Positions 12,819 to 21,737 of a stretch of 35,823 bases of DNA are shown here, piece after piece. The first letter of the stretch is position 1. Each line of letters opens with the position of its first letter. The notes under the pieces are model-generated. The model was not told where the DNA came from. It made no database searches and worked only from the letters and a program-made list of their open reading frames with translations. The position numbers and the translations under genes are program-made. The stretch comes from an uncultured Rhodanobacteraceae bacterium (GTDB lineage Bacteria > Pseudomonadota > Gammaproteobacteria > Xanthomonadales > UBA2363), in NCBI GenBank assembly GCA_964624575.1, contig CAZUZT010000002.1, forward strand, positions 1 through 35,823. The letters are read 5' to 3'.

Positions 12819-14018
12819 ATGCCCCAGTTTGCCCAGCGCGTGGGACGCGCCAAGCCCAGCGCCATCATGATTGTTGCCGAGAAAGCCCGGGCGCTGAAGG
12901 CCGCCGGCCGCGACATCATCAGCTTTTCCATTGGTGTGCCCAATTTCCTGCCCGGCCCACATGTCTACGAAGCTGCCCGGCAGGCGCTGGATCATGACAC
13001 CGGCCAGTACGGTTCCAACCGCGGCCGCAACGACCTGCTCGACGCCTTCCTGGGGCACCTGCGTGGCCTGGGCATGGAGGGTTACCAGCGCAGCAACTGC
13101 GCCGTCGCCGTCGGCGCCAAGCATGTGCTGTATAACCTGGCCGAGGCGCTGCTCGATGAAGGCGACACCATTGCCTTCCCGACGCCCTACTGGACCAGTT
13201 ACCTGGACATTGCCGAGATCGTCGGCGCCAATGTCCAGCTGCTGCCGTGCCCGCCGGAGAACGAGTACAAGCTGACGCCCGAACAGCTCGACCAGGCGCT
13301 GGCCAGCAAGCCGCGCGTGTTCCTGTTCAACAATCCGTCCAACCCGACCGGCATGGTCTACAGCCGCGACGAGATTGCCGCGCTGGCCAAGGTGCTTGTC
13401 CGGCATCCCGACACTTGGGTGATCACCGACGATATTTACAACTCGATGGTCTTCGACGGTGTCGGCTACCACAACTTCGTCCAGTGCGAGCCGGCGCTGC
13501 GTGAGCGGGTGATCTTCGTTGATTCGTTGTCCAAGACCTACGGCATGCCCGGCTGGCGCGTGGGCCTGATGGCCGGCCCCGAATCCGTGGCCCAGGCCCT
13601 GGTCACGCTCAACTCCAACCACATCACCAGTCTGCCCGAAGTGGTCACCGCCGCGGCCGTCGCCGCGTTGTCGGGCCCGCAGGATGTGCCGCAGCAAAAA
13701 TGTGCCGAGTTCCAGTCCCGGCGCGACCAGGTGCTGGCCGCGATGCGCGCCATTCCCGGGGTCGTCTGCCCCAGGCCGCAGGGCGCGTTCTATGTCTTCC
13801 CCGATATTTCCTTTGCCTACGGCCGCAGCCATGGCCAGGTGAAGATCGGCAATGACATCGACCTGTGCCAGGCGCTGCTGGAGATCAAGGGCGTGGCCTG
13901 CGTGCCCGGCAGCGCCTTCGGCGAACCGCGCGCAATGCGCATCAGCTACACCTGCCCGGCCGAGCAGCTGCCCGAGGGCCTGCGCCGGATCCAGGAATTC
14001 TTCGCTGAACTGAAGTGA
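12819..14018 (+). CDS. PLP-dependent class I aminotransferase (aspartate aminotransferase-like)
   Basis: NNPSNPTG, TDDIY, SLSKTYGMPGWRVG (PLP lysine), PQGAFY, VPGSAFG; substrate not determinable from sequence alone. Confidence 0.93.
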   Translation: MPQFAQRVGRAKPSAIMIVAEKARALKAAGRDIISFSIGVPNFLPGPHVYEAARQALDHDTGQYGSNRGRNDLLDAFLGHLRGLGMEGYQRSNCAVAVGAKHVLYNLAEALLDEGDTIAFPTPYWTSYLDIAEIVGANVQLLPCPPENEYKLTPEQLDQALASKPRVFLFNNPSNPTGMVYSRDEIAALAKVLVRHPDTWVITDDIYNSMVFDGVGYHNFVQCEPALRERVIFVDSLSKTYGMPGWRVGLMAGPESVAQALVTLNSNHITSLPEVVTAAAVAALSGPQDVPQQKCAEFQSRRDQVLAAMRAIPGVVCPRPQGAFYVFPDISFAYGRSHGQVKIGNDIDLCQALLEIKGVACVPGSAFGEPRAMRISYTCPAEQLPEGLRRIQEFFAELK

Positions 14019-14037
14019 CTGACCGGCCCCTTGCCAC

Positions 14038-14388
14038 GTGTCCGTTTCGCCACGCCTGCTGTTCCTGATCGCCGGAGCCCTGTTCCTGGCGGTGCTGTTC
14101 TGGCCCGGGCGCAACAGCTCGGCCGTGGCCCAGGCGCGGGCGCTGGTCGGTGATGAGCCGGTGCTGATGTTCAGCGCCAACTGGTGCGGCTATTGCAAAC
14201 GCCTGCGCACCGACCTGGACCGCGCCGGGATCGCATTCACCGAGCTGGACATCGAGGCCAGCACCAACAACAACCGCGCCTGGCGCCTGCTGGGTGGCCG
14301 TGCCGTGCCGTTCACCCTGGTCGGTGAGCGGGTGGTCAGCGGCTATGCCCCGCAACGCATCCTGGAGCTGGCCGCCGCGCCGCGCTGA
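14038..14388 (+). CDS. Glutaredoxin/NrdH-like redoxin with N-terminal hydrophobic anchor
   Basis: WCGYC active site, cis-Pro motif AVP, VSGY; N-terminal LLFLIAGALFLAVLFW; GTG start is uncertain. Confidence 0.85.
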   Translation: MSVSPRLLFLIAGALFLAVLFWPGRNSSAVAQARALVGDEPVLMFSANWCGYCKRLRTDLDRAGIAFTELDIEASTNNNRAWRLLGGRAVPFTLVGERVVSGYAPQRILELAAAPR

Positions 14389-14430
14389 GCCGCACTCCTT
14401 CCGCTTCGTTACCGCAGCAAGAGACTTCCC

Positions 14431-15420
14431 ATGAAAACTCCCGTACGTGTCGCCGTCACCGGCGCCGCCGGCCAGATCGGCTACTCCCTGCTGTTCCGCA
14501 TCGCCTCCGGCGAAATGCTGGGCAAGGACCAGCCGGTGATCCTGCAACTGCTCGAGCTGCCGCTGGACAAGGCGCAGGCGGCCCTGCATGGCGTGATCAT
14601 GGAACTTGAGGATTGCGCCTTCCCGCTCCTGGCCGGTGTCACCGGCAGTGACGATCCGGACGTGGCGTTCAAGGATGCCGATGTCGCCCTGCTGGTCGGC
14701 GCCCGCCCGCGTGGGCCGGGCATGGAGCGCAAGGACCTGCTGCTGGAGAACGCCAAGATCTTTACCGCCCAGGGGGCGGCGCTGAACAAGGTCGCCAGCC
14801 GCAACGTCAAGGTGCTGGTGGTCGGCAACCCGGCCAATACCAATGCCTACATCGCCATGCGTTCGGCGCCGGACCTGCCGCCGGAAAACTTCACCGCCAT
14901 GCTGCGCCTGGACCACAACCGGGCCTTGAGCCAGATGGCCGGCAAGGCCGGGGTGGCCGTCGGCGACATCCGCAACCTTATCGTGTGGGGCAACCACAGC
15001 CCGACCATGTATCCGGATTACCGTTTTGCCACGGTGGCCGGCGATTCGCTGCGCGAGCGCATCGGCGATGAGGAATGGAACCGCGAGGTATTCATTCCCA
15101 CCGTCGGCAAACGCGGCGCGGCGATCATCGAGGCGCGCGGCCTGTCCTCGGCGGCGTCGGCGGCCAATGCCGCCATCGACCACATGCACGACTGGCTGCT
15201 GGGAAGCGGCGGGGAATGGGTGACCATGGGCGTGCCGTCCGATGGCAGCTACGGCATCCCCGAGGGACTGATCTACGGCATGCCGGTGGTCTGCATGCCC
15301 GGCGGCGACTACACCGTGGTCACCGATCTGGAGCTGGACGCCTTCAGCCGCGAGCGCATGGACATCACCCTGGCCGAGCTGGAAGAAGAGCGCGACGGCG
15401 TCGCCCATCTGCTGGGCTGA
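14431..15420 (+). CDS. mdh: Malate dehydrogenase (MDH type 2)
   Basis: [61 protein letters not shown]. Confidence 0.98.
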   Translation: MKTPVRVAVTGAAGQIGYSLLFRIASGEMLGKDQPVILQLLELPLDKAQAALHGVIMELEDCAFPLLAGVTGSDDPDVAFKDADVALLVGARPRGPGMERKDLLLENAKIFTAQGAALNKVASRNVKVLVVGNPANTNAYIAMRSAPDLPPENFTAMLRLDHNRALSQMAGKAGVAVGDIRNLIVWGNHSPTMYPDYRFATVAGDSLRERIGDEEWNREVFIPTVGKRGAAIIEARGLSSAASAANAAIDHMHDWLLGSGGEWVTMGVPSDGSYGIPEGLIYGMPVVCMPGGDYTVVTDLELDAFSRERMDITLAELEEERDGVAHLLG

Positions 15421-15598
15421 GCCTTCGTCCGGGTGATTGCCTGCTGTCGGAAGACCGCCGGCGGGCAGGTCCACGTGTTGACGCCCGGTCCGTGCGCAGG
15501 TCTGGCCGGCAGGCATTGATCCAGGGTCAGCGGCTGCCAGGTCGGGTTGGCGCATGGCCGGCACGGCCGCGCGTCCGTGCACGCCAGGCGGTCCGGGC

Positions 15599-15604
15599 TA
15601 AAAT
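15599..15604 (+). promoter_or_regulatory. Candidate -10 element for prpBC
   Basis: TAAAAT in a GC-rich spacer 66 nt upstream of the prpB ATG; no clear -35. Confidence 0.4.
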
Positions 15605-15670
15605 GGCCGGTCCGTTGTCGAGCAATCCGCCTGTTAGATCCGCCAATCCAACCCACCACTTGGAGTCGTC

Positions 15671-16567
15671 ATGAGCACAGCCGCCAGCGCCGGCGCCCGT
15701 TTCCGCGCCGCCCTGACCGAGGAATCGCCGCTGCAGGTGATGGGCGCGATCACCGCCTACGCCGGCCTGATGGCCAAGCGTGTCGGCTATCGGGCCCTGT
15801 ACCTGTCCGGCGGCGGTGTTGCGGCCAATTCGCTGGGCATGCCCGACCTGGGCATCAGCACCATGGAAGACGTGCTCACCGATGCCCGCCGCATCGTCGA
15901 TGCCACCGGCATGCCGCTGCTGGCCGACATCGACACCGGCTGGGGCGGCGCCTTCAACATTGCCCGCACCATCCGTTCGTTCATCAACGTCGGCGTGGCA
16001 GCCGTGCACATGGAAGACCAGGTCGGCCAGAAGCGCTGCGGTCACCGGCCGGGCAAGGAAGTGGTGAGTACGGCGGAGATGGTCGACCGGATCAAGGCTG
16101 CCGTCGATGCCCGCACCGATGCCGGCTTCGTGATCATGGCGCGTACCGATGCCGCCGCTACCGAGGGCATCGACGCGGCCATCGAGCGTGCCGTGGCCTA
16201 TGTCGAAGCCGGCGCCGACATGATCTTCCCCGAGGCGATGAAGACCCTGGACGATTACCGCCGGGTCAAGGCGGCGGTGCAGGTGCCGGTGCTGGCCAAC
16301 CTGACCGAGTTCGGCAGCACGCCGTTCTTCACCACCGACGAGCTGCACAGTGCCGGCGTCGACATCGCCCTGTACTGCTGCGGTGCCTATCGCGCCATGA
16401 ACAAGGCCGCGCTGAATTTCTACCAGACGGTGCGCCACGAGGGCACCCAGAAAAACCTCATCGACACCCTGCAGACGCGCGATGAGCTGTACGACTTCCT
16501 GGGCTACCACGCCTACGAGGACAAGCTCGACCAGCTCTTTGCCCGCGACCGCACCGACAGCCAGTGA
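15671..16567 (+). CDS. prpB: 2-methylisocitrate lyase
   Basis: [46 protein letters not shown]. Confidence 0.96.
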   Translation: MSTAASAGARFRAALTEESPLQVMGAITAYAGLMAKRVGYRALYLSGGGVAANSLGMPDLGISTMEDVLTDARRIVDATGMPLLADIDTGWGGAFNIARTIRSFINVGVAAVHMEDQVGQKRCGHRPGKEVVSTAEMVDRIKAAVDARTDAGFVIMARTDAAATEGIDAAIERAVAYVEAGADMIFPEAMKTLDDYRRVKAAVQVPVLANLTEFGSTPFFTTDELHSAGVDIALYCCGAYRAMNKAALNFYQTVRHEGTQKNLIDTLQTRDELYDFLGYHAYEDKLDQLFARDRTDSQ

Positions 16568-16578
16568 AGGAGAGTTCC

Positions 16579-17733
16579 ATGACGCAATCCGCCAGCACGC
16601 CGCGCCCGGTGAAAAAGTCCGTGGCCCTGAGCGGCACCGCCGCCGGCAATACCGCCCTGTGCACGGTCGGCCTGACCGGCAACGACCTGGCCTACCGCGG
16701 CTATGACATCAAGGATCTGGCCGCCGGCGCCACCTTCGAGGAAGTGGCGCACCTGCTGGTCCATGGCAGCCTGCCCACGTTGGCCCAGCTGGCCGCCTAC
16801 CGCACCAAGCTGGCCCGCCTGCGTGGCCTGCCGGCGATCGTCCAGGACGCGCTGGAACTGGTGCCGGCCAACGCCCATCCGATGGATGTGCTGCGCACCG
16901 GCGCTTCGGTGCTGGGCACGGTGCTGCCCGAAGACCCGCGGCAGCCGGAGGCCGGCGCGCGCGACATCGCCGACCGGCTGATGGCCAGTTTCGGTTCCAT
17001 GCTGCTGTACTGGTGGCACTTCACCCGCAATGGCCGCCGCATCGAGGTCGAAACCGATGACGACTCCATCGCCGGCCACTTCCTGCACCTGCTGCATGGC
17101 CGTGCGCCCAGCCGGCTGCATGAGCGCGCCCTGGACCAGTCGCTGATCCTGTACGCCGAGCATGAATTCAATGCCAGCACCTTCACCGCCCGGGTGATTG
17201 CCGGTACCGGTTCGGACATGCATTCGGCCATCGCCGGTGCCATCGGCGCCCTGCGCGGGCCCAAGCATGGCGGCGCCAACGAGGTCGCCATGGACATCAT
17301 CAGCCGCTACGACAACGCCGACGAGGCCGAAGCCGACATCCGCGCCCGGGTCGAGCGGCGCGAGATCGTCATCGGCTTCGGCCATCCGGTCTACACCATC
17401 GGTGACCCGCGCAACCCGATCATCAAGGACATCTCCCGCAGCCTGTGCCGGGACGGCGGCAACCCGGTGCTGTTCGAGATCTCCGAGCGCATCGAGACGC
17501 TGATGTGGGAGATGAAGAAGATGTTCCCCAACCTGGACTGGTACAGCGCCTCCAGCTACCACATGATGGGCGTGCCGACACCGATGTTCACGCCGCTGTT
17601 CGTGATCGCGCGGACCTCGGGCTGGGCCGCACACGTCATCGAGCAGCGCCAGGACGGCAAGATCATCCGCCCCAGCGCCAATTACACCGGTCCGGAAAAC
17701 CAGGTGTTCGTGCCGCTGGCCGAACGCGGCTGA
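16579..17733 (+). CDS. prpC: 2-methylcitrate synthase
   Basis: [48 protein letters not shown]; ATG after AAGGAG; follows prpB. Confidence 0.96.
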   Translation: MTQSASTPRPVKKSVALSGTAAGNTALCTVGLTGNDLAYRGYDIKDLAAGATFEEVAHLLVHGSLPTLAQLAAYRTKLARLRGLPAIVQDALELVPANAHPMDVLRTGASVLGTVLPEDPRQPEAGARDIADRLMASFGSMLLYWWHFTRNGRRIEVETDDDSIAGHFLHLLHGRAPSRLHERALDQSLILYAEHEFNASTFTARVIAGTGSDMHSAIAGAIGALRGPKHGGANEVAMDIISRYDNADEAEADIRARVERREIVIGFGHPVYTIGDPRNPIIKDISRSLCRDGGNPVLFEISERIETLMWEMKKMFPNLDWYSASSYHMMGVPTPMFTPLFVIARTSGWAAHVIEQRQDGKIIRPSANYTGPENQVFVPLAERG

Positions 17734-17745
17734 GCGCGACCGGCT

Positions 17746-18363
17746 TCAGGCCTGGCCTTCGGCGTTCAGGGCGACCTGAACGCCGGGGTCGGCATCCAGC
17801 CGCGCCTTGAACGCGGCCAGGTGATCCAGGCCGCCGGTGTCGACGCCGGTGGCCGCCGCCCAGCGCAGCACGACATACAGGTAGGGGTCGGCAATCGAGC
17901 GTTGCCCGCCAGCCAGCCAGGACTGGCCGGCCAGATGGCGGTCGAGCCGCTCCAGTAGGCCGCGCACGTTCCGGCGCGCCTGTTCCTGCAGGGCCTCATG
18001 CTGCGCCTCGTCGGCCAGGAAGCGATGCGGCGCGAACAGCGGCAGGAAGCTCTTGTGCAGGTCGGAGTTGATGAAGGCCAGCCAGCGGTTGACCTCGGCG
18101 CGGCCACGGGGCGTGCCGTCGCCGGCCAGGCCGGCTTCGGGAAAACGGTCGGCCAGGTAATTGAGGATGGCGACATTCTCGGTCAGCACCCAGCCGTCGT
18201 CGTCGACGAGGGCCGGCACCGAGCCGCCGGGATTGATCGCCAGGTAGGCAGGCGACTTCAGCTCATCGCGGCCGAGCAGCGTCACTTGGTACGGCTGGCC
18301 GATCCATTCCAGAACGATGTGGTCGGCCAGCGAGCAGGCGCCGGGCAGGCAATACAGTTTCAT
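17746..18363 (-). CDS. Glutathione S-transferase (beta-class-like)
   Basis: MKLYCLPGACSLA, INPGGSVPAL, LTENVAILNYLAD, SIADPYL; SD AAGGA. Confidence 0.94.
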   Translation of the reverse strand: MKLYCLPGACSLADHIVLEWIGQPYQVTLLGRDELKSPAYLAINPGGSVPALVDDDGWVLTENVAILNYLADRFPEAGLAGDGTPRGRAEVNRWLAFINSDLHKSFLPLFAPHRFLADEAQHEALQEQARRNVRGLLERLDRHLAGQSWLAGGQRSIADPYLYVVLRWAAATGVDTGGLDHLAAFKARLDADPGVQVALNAEGQA

Positions 18364-18499
18364 GGCGGGGTTCCTTGTGTAGATGTGTCGACAGGCGGTC
18401 AAGAATACGCCAGCAAGTCGAACGGCTGATGGCTGGCGCGGCCGTCTGGCCTTGACAATCGCCCAGGCGGGTGGTGCGGCCGCGGCGTCCGCGTCCGGC

Positions 18500-19165
18500 T
18501 CAGGGCAGCTCGCGGCTGGGATCGACCAGGTCGAGCGAGCGCAGCAGGATTCCGGCCTGGGTGCGGTTGCGCACGCCCAGGCGCTCGAAGATGGCGGTCA
18601 GGTGGGCTTTTACGGTGCGCTCCTGGATGCCCAGGCGGTCGGCAATCTGCTTGTTGAGCAGGCCATCGGCGACCAGCGCCAGCACCCGGTGCTGCTGCGC
18701 GGTCAGGTTGGCCAGGCGCGCGGCCAGCTGATCGCCGGCATCGTCGGTGCTGCCGCTGCCAGCAAGCGGCTCGGCGAGCGCCGGCGGCAACCATTCACCG
18801 CCGGCGAGCAGGGTGCCGACGGCCTGGCCGATGAGATCCGGGTCGGTACTCTTGGGGATAAACCCGGCCGCGCCCATGGCCAGCGCCCGGCGCACTGTGC
18901 GCGGATCCTCGTGCGCGGAGATCATCACCACGGCGGTGGCCGGGAATTCGGCGCGCAGGCCGGCCAGGCCCATCAGGCCGTGGCTGCCGGGCATGTGCAG
19001 GTCCAGCAACAATAAATCAATGTTTTCCTGCTGCTGCAGCACCGCCCGGGCCTGGTCCAGGGTGCCGGCCTCATGGATGGCGCTGACGGCAATCCGGTCG
19101 CGCACCGCCTGCGCCAGTGCGCGCCGGAACAGGGGATGGTCATCGGCCACCAGCAGTGCAGTCAT
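18500..19165 (-). CDS. NarL/LuxR-family response regulator (REC + HTH)
   Basis: VADDHPLFR, LLLLDLHMPG (phospho-Asp), MISA, GFIPKS, LLNKQIADRLGIQERTVKAH; no kinase gene adjacent. Confidence 0.95.
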   Translation of the reverse strand: MTALLVADDHPLFRRALAQAVRDRIAVSAIHEAGTLDQARAVLQQQENIDLLLLDLHMPGSHGLMGLAGLRAEFPATAVVMISAHEDPRTVRRALAMGAAGFIPKSTDPDLIGQAVGTLLAGGEWLPPALAEPLAGSGSTDDAGDQLAARLANLTAQQHRVLALVADGLLNKQIADRLGIQERTVKAHLTAIFERLGVRNRTQAGILLRSLDLVDPSRELP

Positions 19166-19171
19166 GGGCCA

Positions 19172-19177
19172 AGCATA
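19172..19177 (-). promoter_or_regulatory. -10 element 6 nt upstream of response regulator ATG (leaderless configuration)
   Basis: Minus strand reads TATGCT-TGGCCC-ATG; no SD. Confidence 0.55.
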
Positions 19178-19232
19178 GCGGCTGGCCCTGGACCCGCGGC
19201 AGCCCGTGCCGATGTCCGGATGCCGGCCACGA

Positions 19233-19241
19233 TGGCACAAT
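19233..19241 (+). promoter_or_regulatory. Candidate extended -10 promoter for the uORF-acyltransferase-CDP-DAG synthase unit
   Basis: TG-G-CACAAT, divergent from the response regulator gene. Confidence 0.35.
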
Positions 19242-19303
19242 GGCGCCGTCGCCACGGCGCGCTGTTGCCGCACGCACGCGGCCTGGACTGGCTGGAGGAG
19301 TCA

Positions 19304-19381
19304 ATGAGTCGCTGTCATGCCCACAGGCTGCCGAAGCCGGCAGCCACACCGATTTCCGCGGTCCGGCCCCGGCAACCATGA
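19304..19381 (+). CDS. Putative 25-aa upstream ORF (MSRCHAHRLPKPAATPISAVRPRQP)
   Basis: SD GGAGG 5 nt before ATG 19304; the stop forms an ATGA overlap with the acyltransferase start; no recognised homology. Confidence 0.45.
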   Translation: MSRCHAHRLPKPAATPISAVRPRQP

Positions 19382-19977
19382 TTGCCCGCCTGCTGGTCGG
19401 CCTGGTCAAGCTGCTGGTCGGTGCCCAGGGCCGATGGCTGGGCGTGCCGCCCAGCGGTGAGCGCCAGCGCATCTACTTCGCCAACCACACCAGTCACCTG
19501 GATGCCCTGGCGCTGTGGGCGGCGCTGCCGGCACCCCTGCGCCGGCGCACCCGACCGGTGGCGGCGCAGGATTATTGGGGCCGGGGTGGCCTGCGCCAAT
19601 GGCTGGCGGTGCGGGGTTTCAACGCCGTGTTCGTTGCCCGCCAGCGCGAGCATCCCGGCCACGACCTGCTGGCACCGCTGACCCGGGCGCTGGCCGCCGG
19701 CGACAGCCTGATCCTGTTTCCAGAGGGCACCCGCACCGCCGAGCCGCTGCCGTTGCCGTTCAAGAGCGGGCTGTACCGCTTGGCAGGGGAATTCCCCGGG
19801 GTTGAGCTGGTTGCGGTGTACCTGGATACCCTGCACCGCAGCCTGCCCAAGGGCAGCCTGCTGCCGGTGCCGCTGGTCTGCACGGTGCGGTTCGGGCGCG
19901 GCCTGCAGCTGCAGGACGGGGAGGACAAGACGGCCTTCCTGGAGCGCGCCCGCGCCGCCGTGGTGGAGCTGGCCTGA
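19378..19977 (+). CDS. Lysophospholipid acyltransferase (PlsC family)
   Basis: NHTSHLD (HX4D), FPEGTR, FKSG motifs. Confidence 0.93.
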   Translation: MIARLLVGLVKLLVGAQGRWLGVPPSGERQRIYFANHTSHLDALALWAALPAPLRRRTRPVAAQDYWGRGGLRQWLAVRGFNAVFVARQREHPGHDLLAPLTRALAAGDSLILFPEGTRTAEPLPLPFKSGLYRLAGEFPGVELVAVYLDTLHRSLPKGSLLPVPLVCTVRFGRGLQLQDGEDKTAFLERARAAVVELA

Positions 19978-20912
19978 TGGCTGCCGGCATGGTCTGGGTC
20001 CTGGCTGGAATTGCCGGCCTGCTGTTGCTGGCAAGCCTGATCGGCCTGGTACTGGCGAGGCGCGCGCAGGCCCGCGGCGGCAGCGCCGTGATCGACAACC
20101 TCAATGCCCGCATCCGCGCCTGGTGGCTGATGGTGGCGGTGCTGGCGGTCGCGTTCTGGGCCGGCACCACGGCCAGCCTGGTGCTGTTCGCGGTGGTTTC
20201 ATTCCTGGCCCTGCGCGAGTTTTTGACCCTGACGCCGACCCGGCGTGGCGATCACCTGGCTTTGTGCCTGTGTTTCTATGTCGCCATCCCGCTGCAGTAC
20301 TGGCTGATCGGCATCGGCTGGTATGGCCTGTTCAGCATTCTGATTCCGGTCTACGGCTTTGTCCTGCTGCCCGCCGTCGCGGCCCTGGCTGGCGATGCCG
20401 ATGATTTCCTGGCACGCACCGCCAAGGTGCAGTGGGGGTTGATGCTGACCGTGTTCTGCATCAGCCACGCACCGGCGTTGCTGATCCTGGAAGTGCCCGG
20501 TCATGACGCAGCCGGCCCGGCGCTGCTGCTGTTCCTGTTGCTGGTGGTCCAGATCAGCGATGTCCTGCAATACGTGTTCGGCAAGCTCATCGGCCGGCAC
20601 AAGGTGGCGCCGACGATCAGCCCGGGCAAGACCGTCGAAGGCCTGGTCGGCGGCGGCCTGGCGGCGACGGCGGTTGGTGCCGGGCTGTGGTGGATCACGC
20701 CGTTCACGCCTTGGCAGGCGGCCGGCCTGTCGGCGCTGATCGTGCTGTTCGGGTTTCTCGGTGGCCTGGCGCTGTCGGCGGTGAAGCGCAGCCTGGGCGC
20801 CAAGGACTGGGGCGACCTGCTGGCCGGTCATGGCGGCATGCTCGACCGGGTGGATTCGGTCTGCTTCGCGGCACCGGTGTTCTTCCACCTGGTGCGCTAT
20901 TTCCACACCTGA
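19977..20912 (+). CDS. Phosphatidate cytidylyltransferase (CdsA/YnbB-like)
   Basis: NLNARIRAWW, SDVLQYVFGKLIG, ISPGKTVEG, SAVKRSLGAKDWG, GHGGMLDRVDS; TGATG overlap with the upstream gene. Confidence 0.93.
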   Translation: MAAGMVWVLAGIAGLLLLASLIGLVLARRAQARGGSAVIDNLNARIRAWWLMVAVLAVAFWAGTTASLVLFAVVSFLALREFLTLTPTRRGDHLALCLCFYVAIPLQYWLIGIGWYGLFSILIPVYGFVLLPAVAALAGDADDFLARTAKVQWGLMLTVFCISHAPALLILEVPGHDAAGPALLLFLLLVVQISDVLQYVFGKLIGRHKVAPTISPGKTVEGLVGGGLAATAVGAGLWWITPFTPWQAAGLSALIVLFGFLGGLALSAVKRSLGAKDWGDLLAGHGGMLDRVDSVCFAAPVFFHLVRYFHT

Positions 20913-20930
20913 GCGTCGCCCGGTCAGCCG

Positions 20931-21737
20931 TCAGCCGGTGACGGCATTGGCCAGGGCGATCCACGCATCCACGGGGATTTGCTCGGCGCGCAATCCCGGG
21001 TCGATGCCGACGCGGGTCAGGGCCGGGCTGTCGACCAGACCTCGCAGGCTGTTGCGCAGGGTCTTGCGGCGTTGCGCGAAGGCGGCCTTGACGATGGCTG
21101 CAAAGCGCGCCGGATCCTGGATCGCCGGGCGCTGCGGCGCAGTTGGCAACAGGCGGACCACGGCCGAATCGACCTTGGGCGGTGGCCGGAAGGCATGCGG
21201 CGGAACATCCAGCAGCGGCACCACCTGGCATCGGGCCTGCAGCATCACGCTGAGCCGGCCGTAGTCACGGCTGCCCGGCCCGGCGGCCATGCGGTCGACC
21301 ACTTCCTTTTGCAGCATGAAGTGCATGTCGACCAGGTGCGCGGCAGCGGCCAGGGCCTGGAACAGGATCGGCGTGGATATGTTGTAGGGCAGGTTGCCGA
21401 TCAGCCGCAGCGGACCGCCCAGACGCCGGGCCAGCGCGGCCAAATCCACGTCGAGCACGTCGGCCTCGACCACGTCCAGGCGTGGATGTTGCCGGGCGCG
21501 CAGACGGGCAGCCAGGTCGCGGTCCAGCTCGATCACGGTCAGGTCGACGCCGGTGGCCAGCAATGGCCCGGTCAGGGCGCCTTCGCCGGGGCCGATCTCG
21601 ACCAGACGGTCCCCTGGCCTGGGCGCGATGGCGGCAACAATCCGTGCCAGCACGGCTTCATCGTGCAGGAAATGCTGGCCGAAACGTTTGCGCGGCTGAT
21701 GCTGGCCGCCCAGGGGCAGACTCGAGGGCCGGCTCAA
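20931..21737 (-). CDS. rsmA: 16S rRNA m6,2A1518/1519 dimethyltransferase
   Basis: RKRFGQHFL, VEIGPGEG, GNLPYNIST, FRPPPKVDSA, FAQRRKTLRN; TTG start overlapping the pdxA stop (start uncertain). Confidence 0.96.
   Translation of the reverse strand: MSRPSSLPLGGQHQPRKRFGQHFLHDEAVLARIVAAIAPRPGDRLVEIGPGEGALTGPLLATGVDLTVIELDRDLAARLRARQHPRLDVVEADVLDVDLAALARRLGGPLRLIGNLPYNISTPILFQALAAAAHLVDMHFMLQKEVVDRMAAGPGSRDYGRLSVMLQARCQVVPLLDVPPHAFRPPPKVDSAVVRLLPTAPQRPAIQDPARFAAIVKAAFAQRRKTLRNSLRGLVDSPALTRVGIDPGLRAEQIPVDAWIALANAVTG

Noticed and set aside
15549-15564. Possible sigma54 promoter for prpB (TGGCGC-N5-CGGCA)
   Set aside because: GG-N10-GC is present, but the -12 element lacks TT and no PrpR-type activator gene is nearby; likely chance in GC-rich DNA.
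18386-18393. TGTCGACA palindrome in the GST leader
   Set aside because: Only 8 bp; no supporting repeat or regulator evidence.
18452-18457. Perfect TTGACA between the GST and response regulator genes
   Set aside because: It is on the plus strand, has no -10 at proper spacing and has no downstream sense gene.
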